From contig JAAILG010000029.1 in assembly GCA_012026655.1 (NCBI GenBank), forward strand, positions 124,001 to 188,000: a stretch of 64,000 nt of DNA, written 5' to 3'. This stretch comes from Hydrolagus affinis (lineage: Eukaryota). Shown one piece after another: positions 23,085-36,519 of the stretch. Numbering within the stretch: the first letter of the stretch is position 1; every line of letters begins with the position of its first letter. A program made the translations under genes and the position numbers. The notes beneath the pieces are model-generated. The model did not search any database. It was not told where the DNA came from and saw only the letters and a list, made by a program, of their open reading frames with translations.

Positions 23085-23765
23085 TTGTGACCCTATCATC
23101 CCCAGCCTCTCCTCTTGCTCCTTATCCTGAGAATAGAGTTAAAAATCCTTGCTCTTACTTTAAATGCCCTCCACGGGCTAGCTCCTCCTTGCCCCTGTGA
23201 CCTGCAATCTCCACATCGTTTGCTCCCTTTGCTCAGCAGGCTCTGGCATGCTCCGTCTCCGCCATCATTGATGACAAAGTCACATGGAGTCATGTAGCCC
23301 AGTGGTTCGATTCCCAATAGGGTGAAAACTTGGGCAAATTTCCTTACTCCACAAGCCTAAAAATAACCCTAAAAAAACAATAATAATTTGGTCACTCAAT
23401 CCATGATTGTTTGTGGGTCACTGCTGTGCGCAATTGTCTGCCACGGTTCGTCCACAAATATAGTCAATTCACTTTACAGTATATTCTGTGAAGCACTTTG
23501 AGATGGCTTGAAGACACAAAAAGCGCTATATCAAATGCAAGGATTATTATTAGTATTATTATTATTGCTGTTAGGCCTTCAGCCTCTCTTTCCCTATCAT
23601 TTGGAACCTTATCACACAGTCCTTTCGCCTTGTTCACTCTCTTGCCTCATTCAAGGCATGTCCCAATACCATCTTCTTCAGCGGCACCTTCAGTAATCCT
23701 CTTAATCCTACTGGCCCTCCCTGCAAATTTCAAGGATTATCAAATGCAAGGATTAATATTATTAT
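23085..23765 (+). mobile_element. L2 fragment interrupted by a tRNA-SINE (23285-23566)
   Basis: RIELKILALTLNALHGLAP; SINE with internally deleted head; L2 continuation 23567-23720. Confidence 0.8.
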
Positions 23766-24940
23766 GAGCTGCAATGGGTTGGGTGCCTCTCAACAACCAC
23801 AATATGCATGTATACAGTTTGTTTCACTGTACAAGTATTGGGAAACTTGCCAGAGCTTCATAGTGTCGAGTAAGAGATGTCATTTATTATTACACAATGT
23901 ACTACTTTGAAATTGAATGAACAAAGGGTGCATTATTATCCCTGTAAGGTATTTGGTAAGTTATTTTCATCATAATTCACCTGCCTATGTTACCTGTTGA
24001 GTATGTGGGATCTTTTTCAATCTTCCTCCCATTGTTAATATAGGAGTACTGTGATCGAGGAACGTAGGCTGCCTTATTACAGGAGTAAGACAATTAACAC
24101 AAACACTGCAACATGCAATTTCTTCTCTTGCTCCTCCATGACAAAGGATAGCGCAACTGTTTGGGTTTAATTTTGTCCTGTGAACCATGACACTATTGCA
24201 GCACTATATTTCCTACGTGGTGCTAAAAGTGTGGTATCTGTCACTCGGCAGGAGTTTGAAACCACCTCTTATAATTGTTTGTGCCTAAGGTAATTCTCAA
24301 CTCTTTTCCCCCAAAAAAATGACTTAGGGACTTGCAAACAATATTTCTACTAATTGTCTCATTGGCTCTATGTACAGCAGAAATGTCATGAAACAGCTGG
24401 AAAGCCACCCTTCATCATATCGGATCACATCTCCACAGAGTTACTAACCGGCAGACCCACACAGCTGCACATTCCTCTTTCAGTGCTGACATTCTGACAA
24501 TGCTTATATCGCTTTGCAAGAGTTAAAACTCATTTTATTTTTGGTGCTTCTATGACTTTCATCTCTTGGATGGTCCTCTAGGTAGACTTGCTATTGGCAT
24601 ACAAATCCATTGTATGTACAGACAATTTAAAGGTTAATTTGTTTCTCCTACTGTAAATATAATAAGGGTAATAATTTCCTTGCATTTGATATAACCCTTA
24701 ACATGTCATTGGGACATCTCAAAGTACAGTACTTCACAGAATATATTGTCGCAATTGTGCCATCGTTGTGATTGTGGACATGCGATATTAGCTAATTCAA
24801 AAAGAATGGTTACAATGTACTTAAATAGCTGGCTTAATAAAGATATAATAGGAGTTTCTATTATTGCTCTCTGTTGTCCCCACCAGAATGATCAGGGAAT
24901 GCTGGGGAATGGCAGATCAGCAAGACTGTGTCCTCGATAT

Positions 24941-25242
24941 GAAGTCTTGTAGCTCAGTGGTTAGAGCACTCGCCTTACAAGTGTGAGACCTGTGTTTGAA
25001 TCCAGGCAGGTCAGGATGAAACCTTGGGCAGGTTTCCTTACTCTACGCGTCTAATAATAATTCCTCAAAAAAAATTATCATTTCAATCCTCAACCGTTTG
25101 TGGGTCACTAGTGTGCACAATTGGCGGCTGTGTTTCGCCCACAAATATACAGTCAATTCACTTTATAGTATATTCTGTGAAGTGCTTTGAGACATCTGGG
25201 AGACATGAAAAGCACTGTATCAAATGCAAGAATTATTATTAT
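24941..25242 (+). mobile_element. Full-length tRNA-SINE (short variant)
   Basis: gtagctcagtggttagagcactcgccttacaag... through to caaatgcaagaattattatt. Confidence 0.9.
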
Positions 25243-27231
25243 ATAATATGAGTCACGGTGGATGTTTCCAGTGCTCATCGGATTAGCACTGAGATGTGAA
25301 CTGTTCTTGTAAAACTGAAATCTGCAATAGATATTCTGTCTGGTTGCGCCCTCCATAGAATCTAAGTCCTCCAAATTCTGTGCATTTATGAGTAGGCAGG
25401 CAGATAGATACTTAGAAAACTGCAGATTTTTTTTGTGACAACTCTGAAGTTTATAGTGATTGTCTGCTGTTGTGTGTACCTTGTACTGATTTAGAAATTC
25501 CTTCTGAGGGCGCTAAAGTATCTACTTTTACACTGTTCTCTATTTCAATCATCCATGGACCACAGTAATAGTTCACAGCAAACATATACTGTGGTACTCT
25601 ATTACACCACTATAAGAGCACAGAGGAAAGAGTTAAAGGAACAGAAAGAATCTATATCAGATTATCAGATCCTTATCCTTTGAATGAAAACAGTATTTTT
25701 ATTCTTATCATTTGGCTCAGCCTTTTGAAACTCAGGCAACAAAGGTACTGTTCGTTTTGTAAACTGAGATTTGTTTTTCTGTGTTGCAATTTGACTTGGC
25801 ACTTCAATGAACATGTGGTGTGTGTGTGTGTGTATCAGACTTGCATTTTTTTTATTTCGGTTTATTTCCGAATCTTCACTGCTCGGGAGTGCAATCATCA
25901 CGGGTAATTGCTCTTTTAATTTTTCTCATTGTCATCTAATTTACGATATTCGCAAAAGGTGCGAGACAGGAGATGCTAATATGAACCTCCTCAGTTGGCT
26001 CAAGTGGTGAGGTTCCAGTCAGAGATATCTGAAAGAATAATAATAATAATCCTTGCATGTGATAATAGTGCCTTATCACGTCTTCTAGACGTCTCACGCG
26101 TTTAATGCAAGTCGGAAGCGCACAGTTTTGTGGAGATACTATGTTGTTCAATGCTTTTCTGTTTACTATTTTGGAGGTTTTCAAATCGCTGATCTCAGTC
26201 TGACTGCCCAGGCTGATTGAGGAAGCGAAAATAGAGCTTTTAACATTTATGTTCCCAATCATTATTTCCCTGTTTATCCCTGATATCAGGAAAGCAAGAA
26301 TTGAGGTCAACTTTACCCTTTTTATTTAAAGGAAACCAAAATCACTTCAAAATGAAAATCTGACTTCATTTCAGCCGGTGGGAGTTGTAGCCTTACTGTG
26401 GGTTTGTTTTCTTGTTTGTATTTTCTTCTCCATTCCTTCTCACCTGCATCTTTTGCACCACTTGCTGCTGACTCCTCAACCTCCCATTAACAATCCTCCA
26501 TGTGTGCTAATGGCTTGGCATTTCCAGAGTTAATCAATTTTAATCTCCTCCCATGTTCTTTTGGGGCTTTTGTCTTGCCCTCCTCAATCTTATGCAAGGT
26601 CTCTACAGACCACTGTTGCAGTTTAATGAAGGCGGGTGCCCAAACTGTTAACCTAGGTCTCTCTTTCGGATTTCCAGTGGTCATTTTTGGTAAATCATTC
26701 CACGTATCACACTGTGCTGAATGTAACCCTATGTACTTATGTTACTGCTGTGCAAGCTATCGTTTCAGTTAATGTTATAGTTTATGAAGAGTGGAGTGTG
26801 GGGGTTGGTGTCAGTCATGTGCCTGAGACATGAGAAAACCCATCAACAATGCTTAAGAGCATGCAAATCAAAGTAATGAGAGCTTCACGTAAGTATCGAA
26901 TGGAATGGACGCTCTTTCCACAGAGGCAATCCAATTCCGGAGATACTAACCCAATCCCAGAAATGCTAATCCTATCCAAAAAAGTATGCAGTGCAGGTTG
27001 GTAATAGACAAGACTTGAGGTTCCCAGAGTGTGATTTGGGGGTACTGCTGGAATCAGTTTAGCTAGAACTGAATGGCAAGATTCCCATTAATTGTTCAGT
27101 TTGGGCAGAAGTGCTCAACCTCTTGGATTGGCCAAGAAATAAATGTTTTTTGATTTTTTTGATTCATGGCTAAGCTATTTTGATATTTCCATGATTATTT
27201 TGTTGGCCAACTGACAAGTTAGGACCACTTG

Positions 27232-27600
27232 TTTTCAAGTCCCTCCACTACTCTGCAACCCCCGGCTCTCTGATCTCCTCTCTCCCCAAGCCAGCACTCG
27301 CTGCCTTCGCTCCACCGGGTCTGGCCTCCTCCATGTCCCCTGAATCCTCCGTTCCACCCTCGGTGGCCGTGCCTTCAGCCACTATGCCGCGAGGCTGGAA
27401 CTCCCTTCCTCACTCCCTTTGCCTTGCCCCCTCTCTTCCCAGTTTCAGGTCACAGGTAAAGACCTTTCTCTTCAACTGTGCCTTTGGTCACCTTTCTACC
27501 CCTGCCCCTAGTTCGGTCCCGGGATCCACTACTTTGAAACGCTCTGAGACACCGTCCGGCGTGGAGGGCGCTATATAAATTGATGTTGTTGTTGTTGTTT
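27232..27600 (+). mobile_element. L2 LINE 3' end
   Basis: WNSLPHSLCLAPSLPSFRSQVKTFLF; ggcgctatataaat plus (tgt)n tail. Confidence 0.85.
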
Positions 27601-28767
27601 ACCTGTCTGGGTTAATCTTTGGGGAGGTCAGCCGGGTGTCTGGCACATGCAGAAACCCATCATTATGGTTACGAGTATCCAAACCAAGATGTGATTTCCA
27701 TGCAATCAACCTACACATGTAAATCCCAGAGATAGATTTTTGGAATGGAATGTTTACTCTCTCCCGGGTGGGATGCATCCTGCTAACCTAATTCCCGCTG
27801 CTTGTCCAGTTAGGACCAGCCTACACATTAGGACTTCAGCCTGCAGGGTTAACAGGAACTGAATGGAATTATTCCCAGCCCTCCAGTGACTGGTCTGCCC
27901 TTCCAGGTTCTGCCGATGAGCCAGGCTCACTGTGCTGTCATCAGCAGTGCCCTGGAATACTGCAGGCCTGCCTGGCTCAGGAACCAGACTACCAAGACCA
28001 TCACAGAAGGCTGGATCGATTCTGACATCCCATTGCCAAGCATGTCACCTTGGAGCCAATTCAGCTCCAAGACGACCAGACTTAAAAGCGTTAACAGGAG
28101 CTGAGTAGGAAGAATCCCAGCCCCCCAATTGAATTGCTTTGCAGACCGCCAGACTCCAGTTTAAGAAATACTTGAACATGTAAGATGTGTGAACTTGTTT
28201 CTACTGTAATCCATATACACGTTTAATCCATTATAGTCTAATTACGTTCTCCAAATGGAGAGAATTCAAAAATGAATAACAAGTTCATTATTTTATTTAT
28301 GAACTGATGCTGTGTTCTGGAATTTCGGAATTGAAGAATCCATCACGCTTGTATTTGCTGCATATTGTAAATGTTCACTGAAAATGATTGACTTCATCAA
28401 GTCAAGGACACACTGAAGCATTAACTCCCAACAGTGCAAAGTGCAGTGCTTGCTGAAACAAATTAGATACAGGGGAACCTACATAAGATGTCTCTGGAAA
28501 ACTGAAGCTGACTAGTTAGGTTCCCCACCTCAGATTTGTAATATTTTCTCAGTGTTAATATTTTCTCAATGAGAACAATGTTCTCATTGAGGTCAACCTT
28601 TTTTGTTAAAAACAAAATTTACTTACAGACAGAGGATGGTTCCCAAAGATTAAAATCCAAATGCATTTCATTCATGGAGAGTGGGTGTTGGAGTCACAGC
28701 CTTCCTGTGGGCTTTGTAAATTGACTAGTGAGTAAAGGCAGCTTGATGTTAGATTATTTAGGTGTTA

Positions 28768-28990
28768 GCCTAGCTCAGTTGGTAGTATTCGCGTGTGAGT
28801 CAGATGGTAGTAGCTTCAAAGCTCACGTCAGTGCTTTGAGCTCTTAGTTTAGGCTGACACTCCAGCACAACACAAAGCTGGGGAGTGCTGCAATATTACA
28901 TTATCACAGGTGCTATTGATCTATTAAATGAGAGCCTGTTCAAATGTATGTTGAAGATCCTGTGGCAGTGTTTGAAAAGATTTGGGGAGA
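28768..28990 (+). mobile_element. Old Deu-type tRNA SINE fragment
   Basis: tagctcagttggtag head, taggctgacactccag...gggagtgctgca, gaagatcctgtggca, as in recalled SacSINE1-like DeuSINEs. Confidence 0.6.
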
Positions 28991-28999
28991 TGGTTTCTA

Positions 29000-29480
29000 A
29001 GTTCCGCGATCACATCACTCCCACCCTCACTGGCTCCATTGGCTCCCCATCCCCCAGAGGATCGAATTCAAGATCTTCGTCCTCACTTTCAAGGCCTTCC
29101 TATATCTCCGACCTGCTGATTCCCGATCAACCTGCCCGCCCCCTCCGTTAAGCGGGCTCTGGTCTGCTCCATGTCTCCCGTGCGAACCACCCTACCATGG
29201 GTGGCCGGGCTTTGGCTTTCAGCCTCTCTGCCCCCGCACTCTGGAACACTATCCTACAGTCGCTTTGCCTTGCTAACTCCCTTGCCTCCTTCAAGTCAGG
29301 TCTCAAGACCTTCCTGTTCAATCATGCCCTCTGCCACTCTCCCACCTCTCTCCCTCCCCTCCCCTCCCCCTTACCCTGCCCCTCCCCAGAGCTTGGGTCC
29401 TGACCCCTGACTGTTCAGTACCTTGGGACATCCTCCCGACGTGAGAGGCACTCCATAAATGCCTTTTTTTATTGTTGTTT
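29000..29480 (+). mobile_element. L2 LINE 3' end
   Basis: ctccattggctccccatcccccagaggatcgaattcaagatc; AFSLSAPALWNT..SFKSGLKTFLF; shared 3' terminal segment. Confidence 0.9.
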
Positions 29481-30409
29481 TCCATCGCATTTTAATTGCA
29501 CCTCTCTTTACAGAAATGCAATTATGATCTATAATTTTCAAACATGTTTTCTCTCTTTTGAACAATGGAGAAATATTCCCATTTCTCAGGCATAACTCTG
29601 TTCATTATGAGCCTCTTAAAATGTTAAACTGAACCTCACTACTGTATTTTTTGAGCAATATAGGGTGTTTATTGACTAGCCTCCATTGCCTAGTATATAT
29701 TATTCTGTGAGTTTCTTTGTGAAGCATACTCCACTGATACCTATTTGTGTTAAAGATTTCCGAGCTAAAACAAATAGATTTGGAATTTGACCTCAGCCTT
29801 TGACGTTGCTCAGAAGTATCTTTTGATAAATGTTTGCATTACTGTAACGTCCTACAGTGCAGCTTCTATCGGTTGTTAACAGATTGGAAAGAAGTTAATA
29901 AGTCTGTGTGTCTTCTCTTTATAAGTTAGGCTTAGTCAAGAGAGGCCTTTTCATTTGTGAGAGGGTATCAAAGATATAGCATTGTGAAGAATTCTACACT
30001 ATGGATTACCAGTGTTTCTTCAGGCTGGTATCCCAGGAAACCACAGGTCATTTGCTGCTTTTTTTTTCTCTGATAGAACTAATTTGTTTTGGAGAGGCAG
30101 CTTTTCTCTCCAGTTGCATGCAAATCAGTCAGAAGGATGTGCAAAATTACCTTGGAATAGACAAACGGTGAAAAAGAGACTCCGAAATGGGAAAAGGTGG
30201 TATTTAAATTTCAATATTTGCTTATGATTCATCAAATTGGCATTGATCAATATCAATGATACCCTTCAGATGCAATGAAACAACAAGTGCAATTTATTCA
30301 GAAGCAAGATTGTTGAAGATTAGAATTGATAAGTAGGTTTGAGTTTGCCATTAAGATCAGAATTCATGTTTCTATTTGTAGCAACGCAATCAATTCAACA
30401 CTTGTAATA

Positions 30410-31075
30410 TGAACATAGTGAGCATCAAACCATTATACAAATTACAGCTGGGGCTATTCAGTTGATCTAGCCTGATGGTTGGTGTTAGATCCTCTCCTGG
30501 AGCTAACAAATGTAATACTAATTCCCTGCTCTTTCCCTGTACTCTTTTATTTGTTCCTCTTCAAATGTTTATTCAACTCCCTTTTAAATGTTGCTATGGT
30601 CTCAGCCTCAATAGCCACTTCTGGCAAAGCATTCCGTGTCCTAATAGCTCCCTTTGTTTAATAAAAATCTTCTAACCTTCCCTTTTAACTCTTCCAGTGT
30701 CAATCCTGAGCTAAACCCCTTGTTGTTGGTTCTCCACCCAGAATAATGAGAATAATCTTTCAGTATCTTCTCAATCCTTTTCAGAATTTTGAAGACCTCT
30801 CCTAAATTGCCTCGTAACCTTATTTTGTTCCAATTAAAACAAACAAGCCTATCATCATAACTGTAATCTTTCGTCCCTGGTGTCTTTTGTACGAATCTAC
30901 ATTGTATCCTTTGCGTGGCTTTGATGTCCATTCTGTAAAGTGGCATCCCCCAGAATTGCATGGAGTACTCCAGCTGTGATCTAACTAACATCTTGCTTGA
31001 ATTTAACATCAATTCCCTGCTTTTGATTTCAATGCCCCTGTATATAAATCCCAAATCTTCTACTATCATTTCCAC
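30410..31075 (-). mobile_element. CR1 LINE 3' fragment
   Basis: ORF 30641-31093(-): LGFIYRGIEIKSRELMLN...LVRSQLEYSMQFW...RLRGNLGEVFKILK. Confidence 0.85.
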
Positions 31076-32255
31076 ACTGGTATTTGGAGACAATGAACCG
31101 TGTTGATGGCAAAACGTCTTAGCATCACACCATGTTATCTGGAAGCACGAAGGTCAGGAGTCATTGACTGACTGTGCTGGAAGTTGGGCTGTGCAGTGTA
31201 TTGTGGGAGCTGTACTTACCTCCAGATTCATCTCTACATTCTAGTCACACTATTCATGTATTATTAAAAATAGCCAAAATATTTCAGAATAAAGTTTAAA
31301 TTAAAGTTACAATTTCCTTGTCATTTATATTTTATCAATTTTATGCTGGAGGGGATGGCTTCATGCTGCGTTGGAGCTCTTCAACACTTGCTACTCTTAG
31401 ACATGTAATGTTCTGAGGCATGAATTCTGTTCCTGTGTTAAACACCCACATCATTCTGAGGAAAAAGATGAAGAAAGCAGCATAAAAAATGATTTATTTT
31501 AATGAACTGACTGTTTCCCTTAGATCAGGATTGGTTTCTTATTTCTAGTTCTCTGTGATCCTTACTCTCTATTCCACCATTACATCTGACAAATCTGGAA
31601 AATATTTATGTTAAATAAATTGGACTTAATCATCCTAAATGAAATTAGTCTGTACAGTGAAACACTCACATTTGTTTTCATGATCCGAAGTAAAGTCACT
31701 AAAAACCACAAAGATCTAAGGTGGCTTTTGTCAGTTTGTAAAAGGAATATTCCAGCATCAAGCTTTATTCTTGAGTATTTATCAGTATAATAGTACTTTC
31801 AATGCATTTTTAAAAATATAAAGCGCGTGAATTTAAATAGAGTTACAAACGCACCGCACAGTGGCCGCCGCCTCTTGTTTGAAGCCTACCATCGTTTGTT
31901 GCCTCATTTCTGATGCCATGGGGGATTGTTTTCTGACAGTTCCTCACAAACTGTTCCCTGCAAACAGATGGCAGTGGTGCTACCGGCTAAACCACATTGG
32001 TGGAGCATCAGGTTTCCATTCAACAACCTTGTCATGAAGGTAGCATCTCTGATCATAAGAGGACCAGAACATCCAGGGGATTTGTTCTTATTTGAAACTT
32101 TTCTTTTTAAAATATCACATCAAGTATTTGTTACAAATTAATAAGAGAAGGAGAAGGTTCTGGCACCAAAAGCAGGACACAGTTGATTGCGCTGAATTGA
32201 ATTTGTAATTTGTGACTGTGTTCCATTGGATTTGGTAGAGCCCAACCTACAACTG

Positions 32256-32560
32256 TAATAATAGTAATAATCATTCTTAAAGTTGATATCGCACTTTTCA
32301 CATCTTCTAGATGTCTCAAAGCGCTTTGCAGAATATACGGTAAAGTGAATTGATGTATATATGTAGGCAAAACCTGGCAGAAAATTGCGCACAGCAGAAT
32401 CCCACAAACGGTTGTGGATTTAAATGACCAAATTATTATTTTTTTTGAGGGATTATTATTAGGCGTGTGGAGTAAGAAAACTTGCCGAAGGTTTCACCTG
32501 GAATTAAACCCAAGTTTCCACTTGTAGGGCGAGTGTTCTAACCATTGAGCTACAGGATTC
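32256..32560 (-). mobile_element. Full-length tRNA-SINE
   Basis: Reverse complement of the family head (taaccattgagctacagga) and tail. Confidence 0.9.
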
Positions 32561-35500
32561 CTGTAAATAGTCTACCGCATCCTTGTTTCAAACATGGCAA
32601 AAAGAGGCAGGTCTGTAAATAATATTCAGCCACTATTGATTTAAAGAGAGGGAAAGATAGAATACAGGATCAACTAACTCATACTTTATTGCCAAACAGG
32701 AGTTCTAAACTAAGAGGCTTGCATCTTATAACACCTCAAATAGAAATAAATGGAGTTCACAAAACTGAGGAGAGGACATGGTCACATAGTTTCAGATTCA
32801 TTCCAGGTACAGCTTTCACTGTGCAGCTGTAGCACAGTATTTGTATATCTCACAATTTTGCTGCATAGATATTAAAACTTCTAGCCTTGGAGTAAGTGGA
32901 ACATTTATTCTTGTTGAAGATCCACATATAAATATTGACAGAATCATTTCTACTGCTTCATTTGTTTTTCCCCTTCCCTTGTGCATTAACAAGGACACAC
33001 TGGTCCTGTAGAAACATTAATATATACATGCAACAAAGTGCTGGAAAAGGAGGCACATGTAAATTAATTAACAGTTGGGACACATGTCTGTAATCTAATA
33101 TTTCATTGAACCCAGCTTTTAAAAGCTTTTTGGAATCTTCGATACTCTTAGTAGTTTGGCTAATACAGAATCCACTTGGTGTCTTAGCCAAAACACCCTG
33201 GAATGAAAGATGTGGCGTTATTGTCAATCTGTTCCAATGAATACACTGATGATCTGGTTTACAAAAATACTCTTTCCTGTTACGACTGCTATGTTTGCAT
33301 TGACGGAACCCAGTTCAGGATTGTTGATTTGATAGGTACTAAGCTGGATCAGTAACTGTGTACAGTTACTATTGCATTTTTTAAAATCATTATTGGGTTT
33401 TAACTCACCGCTGGCTGTAAGTGAAATCATCTAATTGAAGATTACATTGATGAGGGAAATGTTTCCACTCAATGTACATCACTGAGAAGTATTGCATTGG
33501 TGGCAGGAAAGGTGAAAATGTCACCAAAGGCCAAAGAAGTCCAGGTTTTCATGGGATGGTTTTCATGGCTATGTGCTGGGTACAAACAAATACCTTTACC
33601 TTTTTTTTGGTGCCTCAAAGATGTCTCGATAGCATGATAAGGCGCTTTATCACATGCAAGTATTATTGTTATAAAATGTCTCATTATCTGCACTATCATA
33701 TGCTCAGCCATCAGGAGTTAAGCACGCTACTGTTATTTATCAAATCGTCGTTTTCCAAGATGGGATGTTTTGACACTGAAAGGTCCTTTTTCAGTTAAAT
33801 AAAGAATCAAAACTGGGTGTGATTTTGAATAAGGCCCTGATAGTGATTGTCTAAATGCATACAGGTGACCTTAATTATATCATTGGCAACCAATGTAAAG
33901 CATCACAAAATCACCTGTCAGTTCTTTTTATTGCACACAGTTAGTCCAACCAGCAAATTTTGCATGTGTTATTATTCCCAAACCACAAATTAGACCCTAT
34001 AATCTACCTCTTCTGAGATGCTATGCACAAAGTGGGAGGCAAAACCACGTGACAATATATCCATGTGCAAATTGCGATTGCTCTACCACCAATCAATCAG
34101 GAGATATGATTGGAAGTCATTGGCACATCAAAATGTTAACGTGAACCGAGGCTGCTATCCAAAGAGGTTAAACAAAGAAATTGCTTTTTTCACCATGTTT
34201 CACTTTGTTTACTTCCATTTGAGTAAGTTAAACTACAGATATTTTTTTACCCAAACCCGACACAACAGAACAAACAGCATTTAAATTGCTTAGGATATCA
34301 GGCAATGGAATGAAAAGAATGAACATTTTGAGAACACACAAAAAAAAATCCAGTACTTTAATGGATGATCTTTAATGGAATCTACATAAGTGTCTGCAAT
34401 GACACAAAGCTTTTGTGCATAAATCCACTATACCTTGGCAGATCTTTAGTTCTCTAGATAATCACGCCGAGGGTGCTGTGCAAACGATTGTGTGGCAGCA
34501 TAATTGCAACAAAATCAAAGTTTTAAATTTTATTTCAAATGAAGGAATGATTAATAAAAAAAACGAACTGGATTTAGTTGAATCTGCTTTCAGGCTTTTA
34601 AAGTAATCAACCCTTACTTGTTGCTTTGAGAGACTCCATAACACACAAAAAGGTCCATCTGTTCTCAAAGTACTTCAGCACTACTCGTCCCCATTCTTAC
34701 AGCTGTTGGCTTGGCATATGTCTCAAGCAGCTTCAATCTTTGCTGAATAGGAGGGAGTGATTAATCCTAGAATATAAATAAAGTTTTAAGTTTTGAGTGC
34801 AGAAGCTGAAGAGCCCGGTGGTTGTTTTTTAATGATTTCTGGCACATTCTATTATGTCTGGATTGCAGTATGTTGAAAGGGAGATTGCTTCAAAGGGAAT
34901 TGTTTGGCGAGTTTGCATGTGGCGACTTACATCTTGGCAGTTCCTCTTCTTCCTGTTTCATTCACTCCCTGATCTTTTCTTGCAGTGAACCTGGCTTGAA
35001 ATGCCTGCACTACCTCAGGTGGCCTTGGATATGCAAATGTGACTGGAATGGCAGAGGAGATGATGGTCATAGCCTACAGCTCCCACACAAAAGGGACGGA
35101 TTTGTCTTTTTACCTCCCTGTCTGGCTGCTGGGAAAGTATGCGCAGCCTGTCTTATTTTACAACACTTTCCTGACAATGCAAAGCAAAATAAAATAAAAA
35201 GTCTGCCACTGGCATCCAGACAACCACAAATTCCTTATTCCACCAACCCAAATGAATTGTTCACCGTAATTACCCGCTCTATTAACATTTGGTTTTGCAA
35301 CCATTTCACAGAAATGTAAATGACTCTTTTTTTTAAAAAATCAAGCAAAGTCAAGCTGTATTAAAGTTTCATTGACTTCCGTCCTGAGCGCAGTTTATGT
35401 TTAATAATGCCATTCCTTTTCTTCTTCATTGTATATGCTCTCTCTTTGCAATATGCAAACCTTATTAGTTGGTAGTGCTTTTAAGCACAGCATGTCTTTG

Positions 35501-36500
35501 TGGCACAGAGATAAGTACCAGGTAAATTTAGTAAAGGCCTAGGGGAACACATGCGGGAGGAACCTTTGCTTTATAGACTGAGGTAATCAGGGATGACATC
35601 TAAAACTTTGTTCTTTCATTATAAATATTGTTAGAGGAGGGGGTGACCTCAATGGGCTCATGTATACCAGAGGAGACTTTGATATATTTTCTTCAGTAGT
35701 TCTCCCTCTGATAATGACAGTGAATGTTGACAGTTCAGTTTCATTTGATTGTCACTGTGCAAAGTTTTTCCTGGAATTAGCATAACCTTCTGAGGCTTCA
35801 CCAAGAGTTTCCACTCGTCCTACCAATTTGTAGTGCTGATAAAGGGGTGCAACCATTATTCAAATATTCAACTAATGACCGGCTACAGCGGTAGCCCTGC
35901 ATAATTGCTCTGCCACCATTTTAAATAGACAAAATGTAGAAATCTCATGTGATTAATAAGAAACTAAGAGACAGGGCAGTTGAATCTTCAGCCCTTTGAA
36001 CCAGACAACTTCACACTCGGCCACTGACAAGCACCAGAGGAGTATTTTCTTAGTCCCTTTTTTATTAGACTATTCATCATTAGTCTGTTGCTTTTAATAG
36101 CTGTCTAATTACTTTTGGTGGAGTCACTTTTCAAAGTTGGTTGTGATGTGGAGGGAAGAGTAAAAGGGCTTCCTTACAGCACTTATACCACTGAAGCGAG
36201 TTAAGACTGTCATTAAAACCACATTATTAGTTCCCTTAATTTTTAACAGAATCCAAAACTGTACTGTGCAAAAACACAGCAGAATTTTTTTTTTAAACTG
36301 ATCTAGCGATTGTATCAGGAAGATTTCGTAAGAACTGCAAACCCAAAGTCGCACCCTGTTCACGCAGATGTAAAAACAGATGAGTAAAGCGATGAGCACA
36401 GTGTAGAACATGGGCTTGTATGTTATGCAATGGTCCAGCTGACTTGGTGTGTGTAGTATATTGAAGCCATCTGCACATTGCTTTACATGCTGCTGTCAAA

Positions 36501-36519
36501 CGTGTGTGTGTGTGTGTGT
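36501..36519. repeat. (GT)n microsatellite
   Basis: Direct read. Confidence 0.85.

Noticed and set aside
24941-25015. tRNA-like sequences (also at 4587, 15416, 59901, 62074)
   Set aside because: They are SINE heads: no acceptor stem pairing or terminator, and they continue into the SINE body.
25340-25515. Partial CTCF-like GAGGGCGC motifs (similar partial matches near 53347, 59800 and 61620)
   Set aside because: Only part of the core matches; too weak to call by eye.
34822-35319. Longest ORF in the track (165 aa)
   Set aside because: Non-ATG start, no recognisable domain and no supporting splice structure; consistent with a chance ORF.
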